A DNA stretch of 64,000 bases from Marsupella aquatica (lineage: Eukaryota; Plantae; Marchantiophyta). How positions within the stretch are numbered: the first letter of the stretch is position 1; the number at the start of each line of letters is the position of its first letter. This document shows positions 59,194-64,000 of this stretch, piece by piece. The position numbers were made by a program, and so were the translations under genes. The stretch covers positions 16,393,551 through 16,457,550 of the forward strand of contig OZ316891.1 in NCBI GenBank assembly GCA_973895155.1. The letters are read 5' to 3'. Below the pieces are notes generated by a model that saw nothing but the letters and a program-made list of their open reading frames with translations, was not told the origin of the DNA and ran no database searches.

Positions 59194-60065
59194 TGTGATG
59201 CCTAGCCAGGAATCACTCGGCCAGTTAAGTGGGTAAAGCAGGAGTGCACCCTAGAAACACCTTAGTATAGGGACAAAACAAGGAAAATATAAACAATTAG
59301 GGGCAACCATGGAACCCGGGCCGAGGCCGGAGGTAAGGACGTTGGGGGTGAAAACAAGATTAGGGTTAGGGCGCGCTAAGCATCGGCGGCTAGGAAGGAT
59401 CAACGGGAGAAAGGACCGGAAGAGGAGAGGGGTAAGGAGCGCTTGCAGGGAATGGTGGCTCATTTGTGAGCACGAACTAGGCAGACGACTACGGGAGGCC
59501 AACTACTGTCAGTTGCTTAGGCAAGCACTCGGGGAGAGAGTAGATACCGACGATCGACCTAAGGAGGGTATGAGCAACGTCAATCAAGCGGCACATTTCT
59601 GGGGATGCCTGTTCGAACGGGCAACTGAGTACATCAAGACTTACAAGGACGAAGAACCAGAAAGGGCAGCTCGAGAACGACAGGAGCTCACTCGATTGTG
59701 GGAGCTGCAGAAGACGACTTTCTTAGGAGGCGAACTCATCAAGGCCGAGTTCTTGTGGACTCCTACTTCCAATCAGCTCGACGATCTTCTGTTTTGCGAA
59801 GACAGAATCATCGGCATTCGAGAGACCATCAAGAATTGCAACGACATACACTGGGAATTGAAGGGTAGCACGGAAAGGTGGACCCAGGCAACGGTGCTAG
59901 GAGAAACCTCCACGGCAGCCGATATGAAGAGGAAGGGAGCCGTCAACGATGAAGCCACCCCGGCAAAAAGAACGAGGTCGGCGGCACCAAAGAAGCCAGC
60001 CGAGCAGCAGAGCAGGAGGCAGGGAGAAGCCGAAGAGGAGGAGGTCGATCCCATCAATGCCATTC
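59194..60065 (+). repeat. 3' LTR of element B, first 872 bp, interrupted; contains the start of the LTR ORF at 59309
   Basis: Direct repeat of 25480-26350, breaking at AATGCCATTC|. Confidence 0.92.
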
Positions 60066-63000
60066 TGTGGTGCGTCCCATGGCTCCCTAAACCCAAGAAA
60101 CCCCCCAGCTCAAGCCGATTCCCGCAGGTTTCGTGCTTGGCGAGGCCGTTTCCCGCGGCTTAGCGGCATGGGACGCTGCTAACCTTCTACTACTACTATT
60201 AACATTTTACACACATATACTGGACAGATCCTTCATCGGGTCATGAGATACGTAGCCGGCCTAATATAGGCCTTCCCCTGTCTTCCCCTGTCTTCTTGTT
60301 AGGTATGTTTGGATTCCGCCGCCGAAATGATCCCCAATAGGCTTGGTTAAGCCGCTAAGACCTCTCTCAGCTCGACACATCCAACTCTCACTCCCCTGCT
60401 TACTTTCCTTCCTTCTGTTGATGTGGGCACTCTTCACACAAGTTAATGCGACACACAAATAGCAAAATGACTCATTCTGACTGAGTCATACCATGCACTT
60501 GCCATACAAACAGTACATCTCATACACAAGTTCTGCGAACTAAGCCGTGAGGCCAACTCTATTCAGCTCTTAGGCATGAGGAAACATGAATATACACAAG
60601 GGTCAATGTATGACTAACCGAGAGCTTCTCGTACTACTTGATCCCAGCCCGGCTGGTGCAAACTAAAAACTTGCTAAAGAAGAGGCCCTGAGCTCCCCGC
60701 TGCCCAGGTACTTATCCTGGTAGTGGATCCGCCATTCTTTGCATCGTAAGCCTAATCTACCTGACAGTAATCTACTTGCCCGAATCTACCTATGTACAGC
60801 AAGGCAGGAGCACAAGTGTTGCTCCTACCAGTGGGACCGCAATCCCACTAAGCTAAGTGTCAGGGCCGCTCCTGGTTCTGATCCTAATCCTAAACGTGGA
60901 GATCCGCGCCCGCCCTGCCCACTCACGCCTCCTCCCTCCACGTCCGCCCTCCCTAAAAGGAACGGCGCCCTTGCACCGTCACGACACCGGTGGTGGATCC
61001 TCAATGGACGCCCCCAACACTTCCTCCTCAGCCACTGCCGTTGGCCCGCCTACTGACAGATTACCTGCCCTTGACCGAGTCAACTCTCCATCGGCCTGAC
61101 TGGGTCCACCTTCGGCTTCAGCCTCGACACCGGCCTCGGCAATACCCACGGCTTCGGCCTCAGCCACTCCCTCGGCTTCGGCTTCAGCCACTCCCTCGGC
61201 TTCGGCCTCCCCTTCCCCTAGGGTAGTTGGATCCTTAGCCGTGACCCTGTCTGGGGTCGGTGCTGGGTCTACCTCCTTGATCACCACGGCCTGTGAAGTC
61301 GTATTACTCCTTGACCCTGGAGGTTTCCGCTTCTTCTTCGTTGGTGGCTCGGCAGCTGGTCCCTTCCCCTTCCCACTTACTTCCGGCACTGGTGCAGTTG
61401 ACGCGGCTTGTCCTTCGGCAATTACCACCCCTGGTAACTGGTTTGTCCCAACGGGAGATGGACCTGCTGCAGCTAAGCATTTAAATACTGCGGCTTGTTT
61501 CTTCAGCCGCTCTGTTTGGTTGTCGGCCCGCCGCTGTAGGTTCTCCATCTTCCTCGTGATTTCCTCCAACTCCTCTTGGGTTTCATCCAGGTCCTTACGT
61601 GCCCCCTCCAGCTCGTTTTTGGCCTCCTCCTGCTCCCTGTGGGCTTCCTCCAATTCCTTCTTCAAGGTAGCCCTCTCCTCCTGGGTTGCTCTTAGCTCCT
61701 TGTCGAGCTCTGCAATGATGACAGACTCCATCTGGTTCATCTTGGCGTAAGTCTGTTCGAGCATCTCGTCCTTCTCCCTTAGGTCGGCCTTGAAGCTGGC
61801 CGTCAGGGACGCAAGCTCCTGCTGCAGCGCCATAATCCCTTGATAGGATTTCCCTAACTCGACCTCCTTCTGCTCAAGGGCTCCGCGGATTTTCTCGAGC
61901 TCCCCTTTCAACGCCCATTCCTTTCTTTGGGTCTCCGCCATGGCCCGGCTGTTGGCTGTTATGTGGGCCTCCTCTGTATTCTTCAGCTCTTGCTTCCACT
62001 TCTCCCTCTCTTTGATCGTGTCGGCCAACTCTTCCTGCGTCTGAGTCAGTTTATCCTTGATATTCTGATTATCAGCCTGCGCGGTGTCCAACTGCCCCTG
62101 CATGATGTTCAGCTCATGTCGTTTAATCCGCAGTTCATCTTGGGCTTTCTTGGCCGCCCTTAGATCTTCAATCTCGGCTTCCATCCTCCTAAGCCGCCGA
62201 ATGACCTCGTCCTTCTTGCTTCTCTCTAAAGCCACCGCTTCTTCTAATTGGTGCTTCTCCAACTGCTCCCTATGGAAAAAGGGTCCTACCTCCAACTCCT
62301 CTCCAAAGATGCCGAGCGCAAGTTCCCCACACATCTCACCATACTCCATGGCTCTATTCTTAGCGTAGGTGGAGTAAGTAGAAGTGATCGGCATCGCCCA
62401 TCGTGGCCTCTGCTCCCAAGCCGTCCTGCGGATCTCTTCAATCGTGGCTAGAGGTTTGCTTCCTTTTTCGGCTAGCCGCCTGATGTCCTCCGGCCAATCT
62501 CCTCCTGGTAAATCCTTTTCCTTAGCCAGGGCGGCCTCTTCCTCCTGCTTGATTCGCTCCTGAAATTCCTGCACCGTCTGTTTTATGCCGTCGAAGCTCG
62601 GGGGAGCAACATCTGGTGGGGGAGACTCAGGGCTACTCTGCTGGTTGGGGTCCCCTCGCACTACCCTTGGAAGTGTGGGGACAAACCGGCCACAGGTCCT
62701 TACTCCTGGAACGTGATGGTCCGACCCATAGCCGGAATTATCATGGCTGCAGTCCTCCACTGCCTCCTCTACCTCTTGGACGTCCGGCTTCTCCCTCTCC
62801 TCTTCGTCGGTAGGAGCTTCAGGCAATTCTGCCTCAGATTCGGAGCTTGAGGTTCCCACGTACATTCGAACACCTGGCTTGGATTCCGGCCTGATTCTCT
62901 CCTTGTCTCCAGCAAAGGGGTTTTCTCTTGTGAGCCGGTGTAGGCCTACCTCTGTAGTAGTGTCCTGCATTGTTGCCGTTGCCGTTGTTGTTGCCGATGC

Positions 63001-64000
63001 CGATTTCTTTTCTTTCTCCAGTAGTTTCAGCAGACTCTGCATGCCTGGTTGCTGCATCGGCAAGTCTTCCTTCCTGGGCCTAAACACCTGCTCGATCGTA
63101 GGACTAACAGGTGGTTGAGGCTTCTCAGCCAACGGCCTCGGCGTTGGAGCTTCCTCGGGTGCCCTTACCTGCAGGGGAAGTACCGGGGCAAAAGTCTGAC
63201 CTCTGGCATACCGGCACAACAGCGGCATGTGATAGCCAAGCCGCGACACGCTCCCCATGCCGATTACCTGCTGCTCCTCCTTTAAGATCTTCTTCAATTG
63301 GTTGAGGAGGTACCCGTTGTAGTCCCGGCTTGGGTCTGGCCTTTCTGCCAGATAGACCTGTGCCTTGCCGATCTCTGCCCTCGGCAAGTTACAATGCATG
63401 GTCACCCGCAAGAAGTCGATCATCTCTCCTATGTGCGGGTTGGTGCAGGTGTTCCGGAAGAAGCCATTCTTCGTTGATGGCCCGGGGAACGACCGGAACT
63501 CCTTGTCAGGCAAGGTCTTCCTGGTATCAACTTTGGTCTTATTGCCTATCGGCAAGCCAAACACTTCGGCAATTACCTTGGGAGTAAGATAGAAATCCTT
63601 CCCATATATCCTCGTGCAATTGGTCTCGGGTTCCCATGACCCCACGAATTCTAATAGGTCTGACTCCGGTACCTCCGGCTTCAGCCATGGTAATCTTACA
63701 AAGGCCTCCAAGCCGGATCCGGCCATGAAGCCTTGGTACTTCTTGGTCTGCATGGCCGTAAAGCATGCATCCTCCTCCCGTGCAAAATGTAGTTGCACCT
63801 CCACCGGTAGGGTTGCCGCCCAGCCCTTCCAGGTGTCATCCCTGGTTGGAATGGCCTTGATGGGATCGACCTCCTCCTCTTCGGCTTCTCCCTGCCTCCT
63901 GCTCTGCTGCTCGGCTGGCTTCTTTGGTGCCGCCGACCTCGTTCTTTTTGCCGGGGTGGCTTCATCGTTGACGGCTCCCTTCCTCTTCATCTCTGCTGCC
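60066..64000 (-). mobile_element. Antisense family-B LTR (3' LTR of another element or solo LTR) inserted into B's 3' LTR
   Basis: Begins TGTGGTGCGTCCC, the reverse complement of the LTR-B end; collinear with 38117-41712 and 26200-26522. Confidence 0.92.
60979..64000 (-). CDS. LTR-B-encoded protein, intact, >1003 aa (5' part off window): PMD/Transposase_32-like region + long coiled coil
   Basis: Uninterrupted frame; SGLEAFVRL..LLEFVGSW..IYGKDFYLTPKVIAEVFGLP; E/K-rich heptads over ~280 aa. Confidence 0.82.
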   Translation of the reverse strand, partial: AAEMKRKGAVNDEATPAKRTRSAAPKKPAEQQSRRQGEAEEEEVDPIKAIPTRDDTWKGWAATLPVEVQLHFAREEDACFTAMQTKKYQGFMAGSGLEAFVRLPWLKPEVPESDLLEFVGSWEPETNCTRIYGKDFYLTPKVIAEVFGLPIGNKTKVDTRKTLPDKEFRSFPGPSTKNGFFRNTCTNPHIGEMIDFLRVTMHCNLPRAEIGKAQVYLAERPDPSRDYNGYLLNQLKKILKEEQQVIGMGSVSRLGYHMPLLCRYARGQTFAPVLPLQVRAPEEAPTPRPLAEKPQPPVSPTIEQVFRPRKEDLPMQQPGMQSLLKLLEKEKKSASATTTATATMQDTTTEVGLHRLTRENPFAGDKERIRPESKPGVRMYVGTSSSESEAELPEAPTDEEEREKPDVQEVEEAVEDCSHDNSGYGSDHHVPGVRTCGRFVPTLPRVVRGDPNQQSSPESPPPDVAPPSFDGIKQTVQEFQERIKQEEEAALAKEKDLPGGDWPEDIRRLAEKGSKPLATIEEIRRTAWEQRPRWAMPITSTYSTYAKNRAMEYGEMCGELALGIFGEELEVGPFFHREQLEKHQLEEAVALERSKKDEVIRRLRRMEAEIEDLRAAKKAQDELRIKRHELNIMQGQLDTAQADNQNIKDKLTQTQEELADTIKEREKWKQELKNTEEAHITANSRAMAETQRKEWALKGELEKIRGALEQKEVELGKSYQGIMALQQELASLTASFKADLREKDEMLEQTYAKMNQMESVIIAELDKELRATQEERATLKKELEEAHREQEEAKNELEGARKDLDETQEELEEITRKMENLQRRADNQTERLKKQAAVFKCLAAAGPSPVGTNQLPGVVIAEGQAASTAPVPEVSGKGKGPAAEPPTKKKRKPPGSRSNTTSQAVVIKEVDPAPTPDRVTAKDPTTLGEGEAEAEGVAEAEAEGVAEAEAVGIAEAGVEAEAEGGPSQADGELTRSRAGNLSVGGPTAVAEEEVLGASIEDPPPVS

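Larger units (their letters stand above)
41972..59205 (+). pseudogene. Gag-Pol of element B, frameshifts/stops, split by transposon copy 2
   Basis: Gag (EDPDEWLDDF), CCHC knuckles and IDGGSGV protease in 41972-44956; RT/RH/INT in 56233-59205. The frame is restored (RPARGQSVGTK) when the insert is removed. Confidence 0.93.
25480..60065 (+). mobile_element. Ty3/Gypsy LTR retrotransposon B, decayed, with three nested insertions; 3' end outside the window
   Basis: LTR start TGTGATGCC at 25480 and 59194; LTR end ...CACCACA at 41712; PBS, PPT; gag-pol homologous to element A. Confidence 0.93.

Overview
Eukaryotic, plant-like (GT-AG introns, plant tRNA-type PBSs) nest of transposable elements with no recognisable host gene. 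A decayed CACTA element forms the backbone (~5760-25470). It was hit by a LINE (1-~5700, minus strand), a 366-bp MITE (6472-6837), a very young intact Ty3/Gypsy element A (8947-23770, TSD CCTAG) and an older Ty3/Gypsy element B (25480 to beyond 60065). Both Gypsy families have LTRs over 4 kb that each contain a long protein-coding ORF. Element B carries an antisense copy of its own LTR (60066 to window end) and two diverged ~11.4-kb members of a Mutator-like DNA transposon family (26523-38107 and 44957-56224). Each of those encodes a GCM/WRKY-like-DDE-SWIM transposase and, divergently, a spliced ParB-like + N4/N6-DNA-methyltransferase-fold fusion, plus two small unknown genes. Their non-coding DNA is studded with ~16-21 copies of the palindrome TAGCGCCNGGCGCTA, which the MITE also keeps. 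This ParB-MTase/palindrome transposon is the best candidate for an undescribed system. All domain calls come from motif recognition by eye; no database searches were run.
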